This document shows, piece after piece, positions 52,886 through 64,000 of a stretch of 64,000 bases of DNA. The DNA lies in NCBI RefSeq assembly GCF_018977255.1, contig NW_024704742.1, positions 106,890,001-106,954,000 of the forward strand, in the 5' to 3' direction. The DNA is from Callorhinchus milii (taxonomy: Eukaryota). Position 1 is the first letter of the stretch, and the number at the start of each line of letters is the position of its first letter. Both the position numbers and the translations under genes were made by a program. A model generated the notes under the pieces. That model was not told the origin of the DNA. It saw only the letters and a program-made list of their open reading frames with translations, and searched no databases.

Positions 52886-54199
52886 CCATATCCCTTAATC
52901 CCAACAGAAACAATCAGCTCTTAGCCCAGCACCTCACTCGTACTGTCTAAGCTGACTTCTGTGCTTCCAGCAGACCAACCACTACAACTGTTACTACTTC
53001 TATGCCTAGCAGACGGAACCGAAAACATATTACCCACTACTCCTTTCACTTTTAATGGTCACTTTCTTACTGGAGGTAAATTCCCTCACCCCTGTATATA
53101 TACATTGATACAGAAGAATCAATATCGATTCCACTGGGAAGTGCGCTGGTCTTCTGCACAACTCCAACTATTCCAAAGTTACATTTTTTATGTGTTTCTA
53201 ACTCCACCTTCCCTGGTCACAGAGATACCCCCACCCTTCAAGGCTGCTTTGCACAGAGAGAGATTTGGACAACTTCTGGGCAGCCTTCCACAGTCTGCTT
53301 GTTTCTCAGCCTTGAGATAGGCAGGTGTCTGAGGCTGCAGTCTTTCCTTTCTGTGGTCCATTGTTCTTACAACTATACTTAAGGACCCGATTGCTCATTA
53401 CCTCAGAGGAGTGAACATCTTCCCAGGAAAACATGAAATGTAATCAAAAACTAACCTCAGCACATCCAGTAAAGCTACTTTTAACCATTTAACTCTCAAA
53501 CCTTCTGGAACATTTGATTGCTGTTTGAAATATACCAAGGCACTCTGAGGTGATAGTCGGTATATTTCAACATGTTGAAGTTTAACCAGCTAAAACCATA
53601 TAGTTTGCTATTGCTAACACTGATCTTGGAGCTGCAATACACATCGCTGATGACCAATATTTGGCTATGAACAGCTTCCACCTTCTTTCAAGAGGACTTC
53701 ACAAGGCACTAAGTCAAAATTCTTACAAAAGTCGCAGAATGCAACACTGGTAATGCAAAGCAATGTCATTATTCACCCCTCCGAATGATGGATGGAAACT
53801 GTGATTGTAGTTACGCACATCCTGTCTGTAGGTGGTAGTATCTTCCTTTGGAACAATCTCAGTTTCTACTGCTTTTATACAAAGACTTGCTTATAATATA
53901 AATTGTTACTGTAATTGCCTAAAGATCTTTATTCAGAATTCAAACTATGACCTCTGTTAAGGAGAAAATACACAAAGTTCTTTATTCTCTTACCTTCTAC
54001 AGGATTTGTAGCTTAAGCATGTCATCACCTGATCAGTCCTTGCCAAATTGAATCTTTAATTTAATCTGGTGGAGAATAGGGAGCCAAATGAGGGTGGGGG
54101 TGATAGGCTCCCAAAGCTTGGTGTGGAGAGCACATAGACTGCAGAGCTTCAGATAATTTGCAGCTTCTATAGGGAGGAGGTGGGAAGTCAGAAAGCACA

Positions 54200-54475
54200 C
54201 TAAATATTGTGAGCAATTGCAGCAGCCAATTTACATACAGCAACAGCCATGAAGTGAATGACCAATTTTATCTGGGGGTTTTGAACAGGACACAGGGAGA
54301 AACTCTCTTCTCTTTTAGAATAGTGCCATGGGATCTTTAACGTCCATCCGAGCGAACAAATGGGACCTTGGTTTAACATCTCATCTGAAAGATGACACCT
54401 CTGACAATGTAGTGCCTTGGGACGTACTCCTGATGTGAAAGGCGCTATACAAATATAATTTTTGTGGTGTTGTTG
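54200..54475. mobile_element. Deu-SINE (minus strand) followed by an orphan L2 tail (plus strand, 54413-54475)
   Basis: tagtgccatgggatctttaac core, then ccttgggacgtactcctgatgtgaaaggcgctata. Confidence 0.7.
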
Positions 54476-55464
54476 TAGTGCTCCCCAGTAACTTTAGGCA
54501 TCTTAAGGCTTTTCCTCCTCCTCTTTACTTACCTTTGACCCCACTACATGCCAAGACTCCAGTCGTGTTTTATTTATTTCTCAATTTTTCGTCTCCGGGA
54601 TAAAAGAAAGATTTTTATTGCTGAAAATGTAATTGGATCGGATTACAGAACCTGGAAAAAAAAATGTCAATGTTTACCAACTTTTAATGCAGGTGTACCT
54701 AGTAACAATTTAGTTAAAGGACACAAATAATGTTTCATCCATTCATTCAGCTGGAATTCTATTTAATTCTAATCAAACATTTTGTTCTGACTTGGGCAAA
54801 GCCTTGGTCTCACTAGGTTTTAATACTGCCATCTGTCATAGCTGGTGGGGCACTAGGGTTTTGCAATATGGCATGCAACATTAGAATGCATGCTATTATG
54901 TTACTGCCCAAAACTTGATGTTGTTTTCCTTTTTCTCTGTAGTTATTGTTTTATTTTCCAGTGAACTAAATAATATTATAGTGCACTGCAGTACAGTTTG
55001 GCGCTATCCTAAACAAGGGTAGAGAGAATTAATTGTTAATTCATTGATGATTCTGAAAACAGCTTTCAGCATTAGAGCAATGAGCAATAGGGAATTTGAT
55101 TTAAGCTTCACAGCCTTAGGGGCTGTTTAAATGATAACACCAAATTTTAGAGGTCGTGCAAATCTCTGAATTTGGACGTTGGATGTTTTAACATTGTTAG
55201 GAAGCCTGCTGCACAGCTAACTCTTTCACAGCATTTACAAAAGGATTGCTGGCCACAGACCACTGCACAAGTAGAGAATTACTGTACACAGCATAAATAG
55301 TTCTACGTTTACAGCCAAATCTGGAATGGCAGCTTCATGCACAATTGCCATCGCTCACTAAATATGGAGATGGAAGAGATATTGAGCACACACTCTAACT
55401 CACCAGCACCATCTGAGGCCTGCTTGCTCTCAATGGTGGGATATGTTGCATTGGAAAGTGGGCA

Positions 55465-55855
55465 CAGGAGAAAAGTATTCAGCCCATCAAGCTGTTCTAC
55501 CAATTTATTAGATCTCAGCAGATTTTTAATCCCAATGTTCTTTCACCATAGTCATCAATATGTCTAATACCCAAGTACCAGTCTATCTCTCTTTTAAATA
55601 TCCCTATTGATTCTGCCTTTACAGCTTTCTCAGCAGATCAAATCTGTGTGAAAAAATGCTTCCTGACCTCAGTCTTAGTTCTGAATTTAAGGCTATGCTC
55701 TCCCTTGTAAGGGATCCCTCTTCCAATGGAAAGAGTCGTCCACTAATTAAGTCTGTCAGTTCTTTTCTTTTAAATACCCCAATCTAATCGTGCTTTAGCC
55801 ACTGCTGCTCTGAGGAATATAATCCCAGTCTATCAGGTTTCTCATCGTAGCTAAT
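55465..55855 (-). mobile_element. Old CR1 3' fragment
   Basis: gtgtgaaaaaatgcttcct, ttccaatggaaagag and tttctcatcgtagctaa are reverse-complement CR1 ORF2 end motifs. Confidence 0.65.
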
Positions 55856-56639
55856 GTGTGCGTGATATACATAGACCCAAGGAAAAGAAAACACCTGCAG
55901 TTCATTCAGTGAACCGAGATGAAACCAGAATTAGTAAAAGTCGACAGTTATCCGATAATATACTACAGTATAAGAAATAAGTACATCTAAGAAGAATAAA
56001 TTCACTGTGTGCTGTTATAGCATTTGATGCTCATGAAACATTTGAGTTTTTTTAAATAAGTACATAAAAATAAATTGTACTTTACTTCAGATTTAGAATA
56101 TAATTTGCTGAATAATTAACATCTATAGTAGATAGAATCTTAGTTAAGATTTTGTGTTGATTACAGAACAGTGATATTTGGTGATAAGAGGTTTGGTCCG
56201 TATAGTAATCTTTGTATTTGATGTATCGCTTTATCACTTCGTTGAGACTTTTTGTAGCGCTTTGTAGAATATATTGTAAAGTGGATTGTCTGTGTATTTT
56301 GTGGGCGTCTGAACTCAATTTCTTGGGATTGCAGCTCCTTGTTTGCAATCGTGTTCCTGAAAATAGTGTTTGTCATTGGAATAGGTACCCTTCTGCAGTG
56401 TGGCTTCAGAATCTGGTTTATTTAAACCAGCTTTAAATAACTAAAAGAAGCACAAGTACAGAAACAGGCAATTTATTCACTTTGTATCTATTGGACCAAT
56501 TCCCCTCAGAATACATTGGCTTTTCCTTTTGCATCACCACATAATTCACTGTAATATTATCTACACTCCTGACAGCCCCAGATTTCCCAATTTGGAATAG
56601 TCACAGAATAAGAGGAAACTACAAAATATAATAAATGTT

Positions 56640-57208
56640 TGACTAATGCTGTATAGAGCATTAGTCGGATGCCATCTGGAGTACTGCATTCAGTTTTGGG
56701 CACCACACCCTGAAGGGGGTGCAGCGCAGGTTCACCAGAATGTTACCAGGCCTAAAAGGATTAAGTTACGAGGAAAGGCTGCGTAAACTTGGATTGTATG
56801 CCCTTGAGTTTAGAAGGTTGGGAGGTGATTTGATTGAGGTATTTAAGATGATAAAGGGATTTGATAGGGTAGATACAGAGAAGCACTTTCCTCTGATGGG
56901 GGAATCCAAAACAAAGGGGGATAATCTTAAAATTAGAACCAGGCCGTTTAAAAGTGAAATCAGGAAGCATTTTTTCACTCAAAGGGTGGTAGAAATCTGG
57001 AATTCTCGCCCCCAAAAGCTGGGGATCCATCCACACTTCAAACGTGAGGTTGATAGATTTTTGTAGGTCAGGGTATTAAGGGATATGGGGAGAAAGCGGG
57101 AAATTGGAATTGAAAGAATTAGTTGAGGTACAGATCAGCCATGATCTAATTAAATGGTGGAACAGGCTTGAAGGCTGAATGGCCTACTCCTGTTCCTGTG
57201 TTCCTATA
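56640..57208 (+). mobile_element. CR1 LINE 3' fragment
   Basis: Translates LYRALVGCHLEYCIQFWAP, VQRRFTRMLPGLKGLSYEERL..LGL..LE.RRL.GDLIEVFK and FFTQRVVEIWNS. 3' UTR gctgaatggcctactcctgttcct. Confidence 0.93.
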
Positions 57209-57254
57209 ACTGGCTGTGCATCTGAGCCTAGCAATCTGGCTTCATTAGCTAGCC

Positions 57255-58140
57255 TGGGGGGCAGGGTTCTTCCCATTCGGCTCCTGTTAACCCTGCAAGC
57301 CAAAGCTTTAATAAGTAGAGTGATCTGAGTTGGACAAGCAGCAGAAAGATTACCAGACATTTTTCTCAATGGCAACCTATGTGTTTTTAGCTGGTTAAAC
57401 TCCAGCAGTACCCTATTGCACACTCTTGGGTACCCAAGTCTTGGCTCTTGCCGACCTGCACCTAATACTCAAACAAAAACAGAAGTCGCTGGGAACACTC
57501 AGCAGGTCAGGCAGCATCCATGGAGTTTCGAGTCCACAAACTGTTCTGACAAAGGGTCATCAGAACTGAAACGTTGACTCACTTTCCTTTCTCCAGAGAT
57601 GCTGCCTGACCTGCTGAGTGTTCCCAGCGACTTCTGTTTTTGTTTCAATTTCCAGCGTCTGCATTATTTTGCATTTTGAACCAAATACTCTGCAGGATTA
57701 TCTCTGAAATTTCCATGTATAGGTGTGGAATTCTCAGTTTGATTTGGACACACATAAGCACGGTGATGGATTTTTGCATGTGTCAAACACTTGGCTAACC
57801 AAAAAAAGGCAATGTTTGGCAAGCGTCCCACTGCTTGACCAGCATGGACCACCCTACCCATTACAGCCATGGCTTGCATGGTTAACAAGAGCTGAGTAGG
57901 AATTATCCCTGCCCCATGAACCATTCGGACTCTTCAAGTCTTACTCATGAGCCAGACTGGCTGGTCTGTCATCAGCAGTGCTCTGAAGTACTGAGAAGCC
58001 ACCCGGCTCAGGAACCAGACTACTGAGACTACCACAGATGGTTGATTCTATTCCAACATTCAACAACAACAAATTGTATTTATATAGCTTCGACTGTCAA
58101 GCATGTCACCTTGGAGTTGATTCATCTGCAACGAGACCCT
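57255..58140. mobile_element. Two partial Hero-like repeat copies in opposite orientation (57255-57770 plus, interrupted; 57840-58140 minus)
   Basis: Homology to 47455-48000 and 28380-28910. Confidence 0.6.
57471..57683 (+). mobile_element. Palindromic short element with a perfect 48-bp inverted repeat and a decayed hammerhead-like core (putatively Penelope-related)
   Basis: 57471-57518 is the exact reverse complement of 57598-57645. The spacer contains CTGACAA...GAAACGTT. Possible TSD aatactc at 57464-57470 and 57684-57690. Confidence 0.75.
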
Positions 58141-58232
58141 TTTAACCTCCAACTCCTGCCCCCCAAACCCCCACCCTCCCCACTTGCCCCTGATACTCCA
58201 GGGCATTATTGGTAATGGAAATGTTTAGATGT

Positions 58233-58520
58233 GGAGTCCTGTAGCTCAGTGGTTAGAGCACTCGCTTCCAGGTAGGGCGAAACCTTGGGCAAGTTTTCTT
58301 ACTCCACACGCCTAATAATAATCCCTCCAAAACCCAAAACAATAACAAATTGGTCATTTTCAATCTACGACTGTTTGTGGGACATTGCTGTGCGCAATTG
58401 GCTGCCGCGTTCGTCCACAAATATACAGTCAATTCACTTTACAGTGTGTTCTGTGAAGCGCTTTGGGACGTCTTCCCGATGAGAAAAGCGCTATATCAAA
58501 TGCAAGGATTATTATTATTA
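58233..58520 (+). mobile_element. Young tRNA-SINE with a deletion in the head
   Basis: ggagtcctgtagctcagtggttagagcactcgc...aaatgcaagg(att)n. Confidence 0.92.
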
Positions 58521-58825
58521 TCTTTATCCCTTCCAATTTTCAATAATCCAAATCTAAATATGATTGTGTAGCAATGTAAATCAGCATATAATTTTAAAAT
58601 AGTAATAAATGGAGTGCTTCAAATTCTTAAAAGTGTAAAGTGTTCAGATTTTACTCAGGAGAGGGAAATGATGGGTTTTCTGAAGCGATTATGGATGGAC
58701 TAATTGTCCAATTAGCAGATTCTGAGAAAAACAAAGGAGCTTCAGAGGCAATGATAAGTAATGAGGGATTTAAATGTGTCCAATTGTTCTTGGCATTTCA
58801 CTGCCTCAAGAGAAACTTGTTCTGT

Positions 58826-60205
58826 TACATAAGAACTTAAGAAATAGGAGCAGGAGTAGGCCATTCAGCCGCTCGAGCCTGCCCCGCCATTTAAGTAGTG
58901 CCTTGAGCCACTAGGCCCCGAGGCTCTGGAACTCCCTTCTTCACTCCTTCGCCTCGCCCCCTCTCTTCCCACCTTCAGGTCTCGGCTGAAGACCTTTCTT
59001 TTTGACCGCGCCTTTGGTCACCTTCCTCCCCCTCCCCCTGGCTCGGCCCCGGGATCCATTACTGTGAAGTGCTCTGAGACACTGTCCAGTGTGGAGGGTG
59101 CTATATAAATCCAAGTTGTTGTTGTTAATAAGATCATAGCTGATCTTCTAACCTAATTCCATTTACCTGCCCTATCCCCATATCCCTTAATCACTTTAGT
59201 TTTTAAAAATCTATCGATCTCAGTCTTGAATATGTTCAGAGACTGAGCATTCCCAGCCTTCTGGGATAGAGAATTCCATAAATTCACTACCCTCTGAGTG
59301 AAGAAATGTTTTCTTAACTCAGTTTAAAAGGCTGTCCTTTAATCCTGAGACTATGACCCCTAGTTTTAGATTCTCCAACCAGGGGAAACAGTCTCACAAT
59401 ATCTACCCTGTCAAGACCCTTAAGAATCTTACAGGTTTCTGTAAGATTACCTCTAATTCTTCTATATTCTAGAAAATATGCTCCTCGTAGATCAACTCCC
59501 TCATCCCAGGATCCAACCTATTGAACCTATGTTGCACCCCCTCTAAGGCGAGAATATCCTTTCTTAGATAAGGAAACCAAAACTGCACACAATATTCTAG
59601 GTGCGGTCTCACCAAGGCCCTATACAATTGCAGCAAGACTTCCCTACTCTTGGAATCTAACCCCTTTGCAATAAACGCTAACATGCTATTAGCCTTTCTA
59701 GTTGCTTGCTGTACCTGCATACTAACTTTCTGTGATTTAGTGCACAAGGACACCTAAATCCCTCTGAATACTAACATTATATAGTCTCTCCCCCTCTAGA
59801 AAATAATCTGCTTTCTATTTTTTCTACCTAGGTGAATAACTTCACACTTCCCCACATTATACTCCATCTGCCACCTTCTTGCTCATCACTTAACCTGTCT
59901 ATATCCCTTTGCATCCTCCTTGTGTCCTCCTCACAGCTTACTTTCCCACCTGGCTTTGTATTGAACGCAAATTTAGATACATTAATAATAATAATAATAT
60001 AATAATAATAATTAAGCTTTATTTCCTCATCTAAGTCATTGATGTAGACTGTAAACACTCGAGGCCCAAGCACTGATCCTTGCAGCACTTCACTAGTCAC
60101 AACCTGCCAATCTGAGAAGGACTCGTTTATCTCTACTCTCTGTTTTCTGCTTGTTAACCACTCTTTGATCCACGCTAATATATTATTCTTAATTCCATGA
60201 GATTT
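58826..60205 (-). mobile_element. CR1 LINE, 5'-truncated and decayed, with a nested L2 3' end (about 58905-59126, plus) and an (AAT)n insertion (59983-60012)
   Basis: Minus strand reads WI.EWL..RKQRV, VLQGSVLGP, YINDLD, SKFA.NTK and LYRALVRPHLEYCVQFW. The 3' UTR is at 58826-58892 and 59127-59200. Confidence 0.93.
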
Positions 60206-62147
60206 CCACAAGTGTCAGACAACACAACAAAAAAATCTGAGGGATGTGTAACAACATTGGTTGTCTATGTGATCGCGTCACTTTTTTCGTGCAAGCATGG
60301 AAGAGACCTCAAATCCCAGGAACAAACCTATACCTTATCGAAAAATTTATAGACAACCTTATTGCCAGGATGAGTCCAGATTAGGAGCAGAGCAAAGTTC
60401 TTTGTGTACTGACCTAACACTGCACCTCATCAACTAGCTCAGTTGGAACACAATTTGCTAATCAATAGAAACAGCTTCTACAGTGAAGTGGGAAGGATTT
60501 TCAAATCCCTGGTTGCCTCTTGCACAAGCAGACGAGAGGAGGTGAATCAGAATGCAATCACTGAAATAGCTCTGCTACCGGCAGCCTCCATTTTTAACCC
60601 TTAAATTACGTGTAACAAAAGTAATGAGGTAAGTTAACAGTGGGATTGAACTTGTGGTGTAAAGTAGAAATACCGTATGATTGAACACGGTGGTTTGATT
60701 TGCAGTTACTCAGCGACTTGTGGGAACTCTGCTCTGAAAGCAGATTGCTTCAGCATGGAGATCTCGCAGGCTTGACGTATATTTATTACTAGAAGGCGAA
60801 GGCAACTTCGATTCGTTATTATGAAATATTGCAACAGCAGAGATATGGAAGCCAATACGGATGTACATTGTCAGAAAAGTCTTTCAAGTGTCATGCAGTT
60901 TCTGCTTTCTAATGCAAAAACTCCTATATACTGGTGCTACATACGGTTGTGAAAACGACTGGCAATAAATAAGTGGCTGCAGCATTTGTCTGCTAATACA
61001 ATTCGTCCGCTTAACTGTATTGCCTGTGAGGCAGCACTTTGATACATTTTATTGGTATTATTTTCATGATATAAAATCCAATGCATTATTTTACCATCAT
61101 AAAGGTTATACCTGGCTTTGATACTAGATTGTAACTTACGCAATGATGTGAGAGACATCTCTGTCATCAGCTGGGTTGCCTTGTATCTCTGTTGCAGATG
61201 AAGGTTTTATACTGGTGTGATTGATACCTATGTCAATTTTACATGTGTGTGTGTGTATATATATACTAGAATAATATAACAACTTGTATTTATATACAGG
61301 TGTATAGATATTTATAATTAGTTGGAATGCTAGCTTGTGCCCATTCAAACTAGCAGCCAGCAGAGTCCTGTGACAAGAGTCACACTTGAACTGTTAGGCT
61401 GTGCTTTGCCAAGTTTTTGAGTTTGCCCCCTTCCCTGCTCCCTTCCTTGGCATCAATCCCCTTCATTGTAAAGCGCACCAAGACATCAACCTACAATATG
61501 AAGGGTCCTTTATAAATGCAAGTTGTTGTTGATATATAACAAACATTTTGTTGCTGTAGTGAGTATGTAACACAATGAATGATAGTGATGATAAACGAAC
61601 AATAAACAATTTCACTATTTCTTCTGCATTGTACCATTTAAATACAGTGTGGGAAAATATGTACAGAATTTATCGCTTTATTATAATAATAATCCTTGCA
61701 TTTATAAAAGTCCAGTCAATTCCCTCTTTTCATTGTTGAAGCATCCTTCGTACAATCCATTCTAATATATAAATTTGTTCAGTCTTAACCTTGTAAAACT
61801 GGATGAAGTTGCAAATGAACTCCTGGTCATATCAGCAGTTGTAAAAAAATGTATCTCATCGGTTGCAAACAAACACCCCACTTAGGCTTCTTGCTCTGCA
61901 TCGTCTCTTTATTTGAGTTTCTATGTGTGTGTCATTCACAATATCCTCTTTGTTTATCTGAATTGCTCTCCTGCTTTTAATTCTTCCAAGTTTGCAATCT
62001 TTTCTCCCAGTGAAGGAACCAATAACAGTCAACAGATAAAATTGGTCATTCACTTCATCACTGTTGAGCGGGACATTGCTGTGCGCAAATCATCAAAATA
62101 TACACACTACACCATAAATCCTGTGAAGCTCTTTGAGATGTCTTGAT

Positions 62148-62555
62148 TACAAAGAGTACAGCACAGAAACAGGCCACGAGACCCAACTAGTCCATGCTTG
62201 TGTTTATATTCTACACAAGTTTCCACCCACTCCTTACTCCCTCCCATTATCTTCTATTGCCCTCTCCTTTGTGTGAAGGTCTAGCTTTCTCTTAAATGCA
62301 CCTACACTATCTGATTCAACCACTGCATCCGACAATCTCCACAATCCAGTGAGTTCCACAGTCTCCCCCCGCTGTGCAAAGAAGTTCATCCTAACTTCTC
62401 ACTTAGATCTTTTAGTCGCTATATTTTATTTGTGTCCCCTGATTATGGACTCCCCAACCAGTGGAAACAGCCTATCGAACCTATCCAATCCTTTTAGAAT
62501 TTTAAACACTTCCATTAGATTCTCCCCTAAATGGATCTTCTCTAGCAAAAAAAAG
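62148..62555 (-). mobile_element. Old CR1 3' fragment
   Basis: cagcacagaaacaggcc, gagttccaca..ctc.ccc.cgctgtg.aaagaagtt, and ccagtggaaacagc. Confidence 0.7.
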
Positions 62556-62619
62556 TAATCCAGTCCAACCTGTTTGCAATTACCTGCCAGCCCTGGTAAA
62601 CCTTTGCTTGATTTGAATG

Positions 62620-63321
62620 AGAGCCTTCAGCCACTCTGCCCCCAACCTCTGGAATTCCATCCCCCAATCACTCCGCCTCGCCCCCTCCTTTGCCTCCTTC
62701 AAGTCCTGCCAATTTTGGGGCGAGTGAGTTGGGGGACGTGGAGCAGGCCAGAGCCGGCTGAGCGGAGGGAACGGGGGGGTTGGTAGGAGGTTAGGAGGTC
62801 GCAGAGGTAGGGTGGAGCAAGGGTTTTGAGGTGAGGATCAGGATCTTGAACTGGATCCTCTGAAGGATAGGGAGCCAATGGAGTCGGGCAAGAATGGGGG
62901 AGATGGGGTCATGGAATTTGGTGCGGGAGAGGACACGGGCTGCAGAGTTCTGGATTATCTGCAGCCTGTGGAGGAAGGAGTTGGGAAGGTTGACAAGCAG
63001 GGCATTTGCATAGTTGAGCCTGGAGGTGATGAAGGCATGAACAAGAGTTTCAGTGGCCTGAGGGGTGAGGTAGTGGCGGAGTTGGGCGATGTTACGGAGG
63101 TGAGGGAAGGCAGAGCGGGTCATGGCTTGGATGTGGGGAAGAAAAGACAGTTGAGGGTCAAAGAAGACACCTAGGTTCCTGACTGGCTGGTGAGTTGAAT
63201 TGTGCAACCATGGAGGTTGATGCTGCCAGAGCCTGAGGTGCTGAGGCGCTGGCCCGAGCCAATCAGGAGGGCCTCAGTCTTGTTCACATTCAACTGTAGG
63301 AAATTTGCCTTCATCCAGGAC
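62620..63321 (-). mobile_element. L2 fragment (62710-63321, minus) with an inverted 3' piece (62620-62706, plus)
   Basis: Minus strand reads VRNLGVFFD...LHWLPILQRIQFKILIL, the same subfamily as 38890-39750. 62620-62706 matches 39510-39597 on the plus strand. Confidence 0.88.
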
Positions 63322-64000
63322 TATGTAGCTACAAATATTGGGGTAAACCTTGCAGCCTTCCTTATTCAACATCAATGCAAACTAATGCCCACCAGATAGC
63401 AGTAAACCCCTCTCGGTAAGTGGGTACTTTTCAGGTTCAGAGTCCAGTTTGATGGACTAAATAGCTTGAACCAGGATGTAAACCATGCAGTCTGTAATTT
63501 GTAGATTAAATCAAACTAATTTGATTTCAGAATAAATTGATACTTGGCAAGCCTCACTGACAGTTATCTGTTCCGTCACGTTCGGCTGAATCGAGACCTT
63601 GCGTAGGAGCTAAATGTGAAGGCGGAGTCTCACACAACATTGAGGCTAGTGTGCCATGTACAATAGCAATGATTGTTGTGTTGCATTAATGCAGAATGGA
63701 ATGACCCCTTCGCATGAGAAACATCAGTTTACTCCCTGTACAAGTATATATTCCATACACAAACAACACAGTCATTGTTTTAGTGTAGTTCAAGTTCAAA
63801 CACAGTGGAGCAACACACGAAAGAGTCAAGCACCTTATGAATCTCCTCATAATCCTCTACCTTGTACGTCTGCACAACAATTTTTTTTTTTTGGGTGGGG
63901 GGAGTCAGCCGAGTGTCTGACTCTTGGGAAAACGTATCACCATACTTAAGATTATCCAAACCAAACTGAGAAATCATCCCACTTACACATGGAAATTTCA

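Noticed and set aside
60660..61200. CpG-retaining unique sequence with a possible 49-bp minus-strand exon (about 61140-61188)
   Set aside because: No recognisable product and only modest splice signals. Needs transcript data.

Overview
Vertebrate, repeat-rich genomic DNA, not prokaryotic. The mix of L2 and CR1 LINEs, a tRNA-Ala-headed SINE with (ATT)n tails and Deu-domain SINEs suggests a cartilaginous fish, possibly a chimaera (inference). I could not recognise any host protein-coding exon. The only long real ORF is a young, 5'-truncated L2 ORF2 (about 10113-12431; end of the APE domain plus RT). The main host signal is a CpG-island promoter at about 46.15-47.0 kb. It holds a 39-bp VNTR in which every full unit carries a CCAAT box and a perfect GC box, next to a probable minus-strand first exon with a GAG|GTGAGT donor, so much of 1-46 kb may be intronic. 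Other notable items: a Helitron cluster with a decayed RepHel N-terminus (1.4-3.0 kb); a dispersed ~550-bp repeat that looks like a compressed Hero-clade RLE retrotransposon; a palindromic element with a decayed hammerhead-like core; a C-terminal frameshift shared by three young L2 copies; a hAT MITE inside a larger inverted duplication; and several minisatellites. All family calls come from visual motif recognition, with no database searches.
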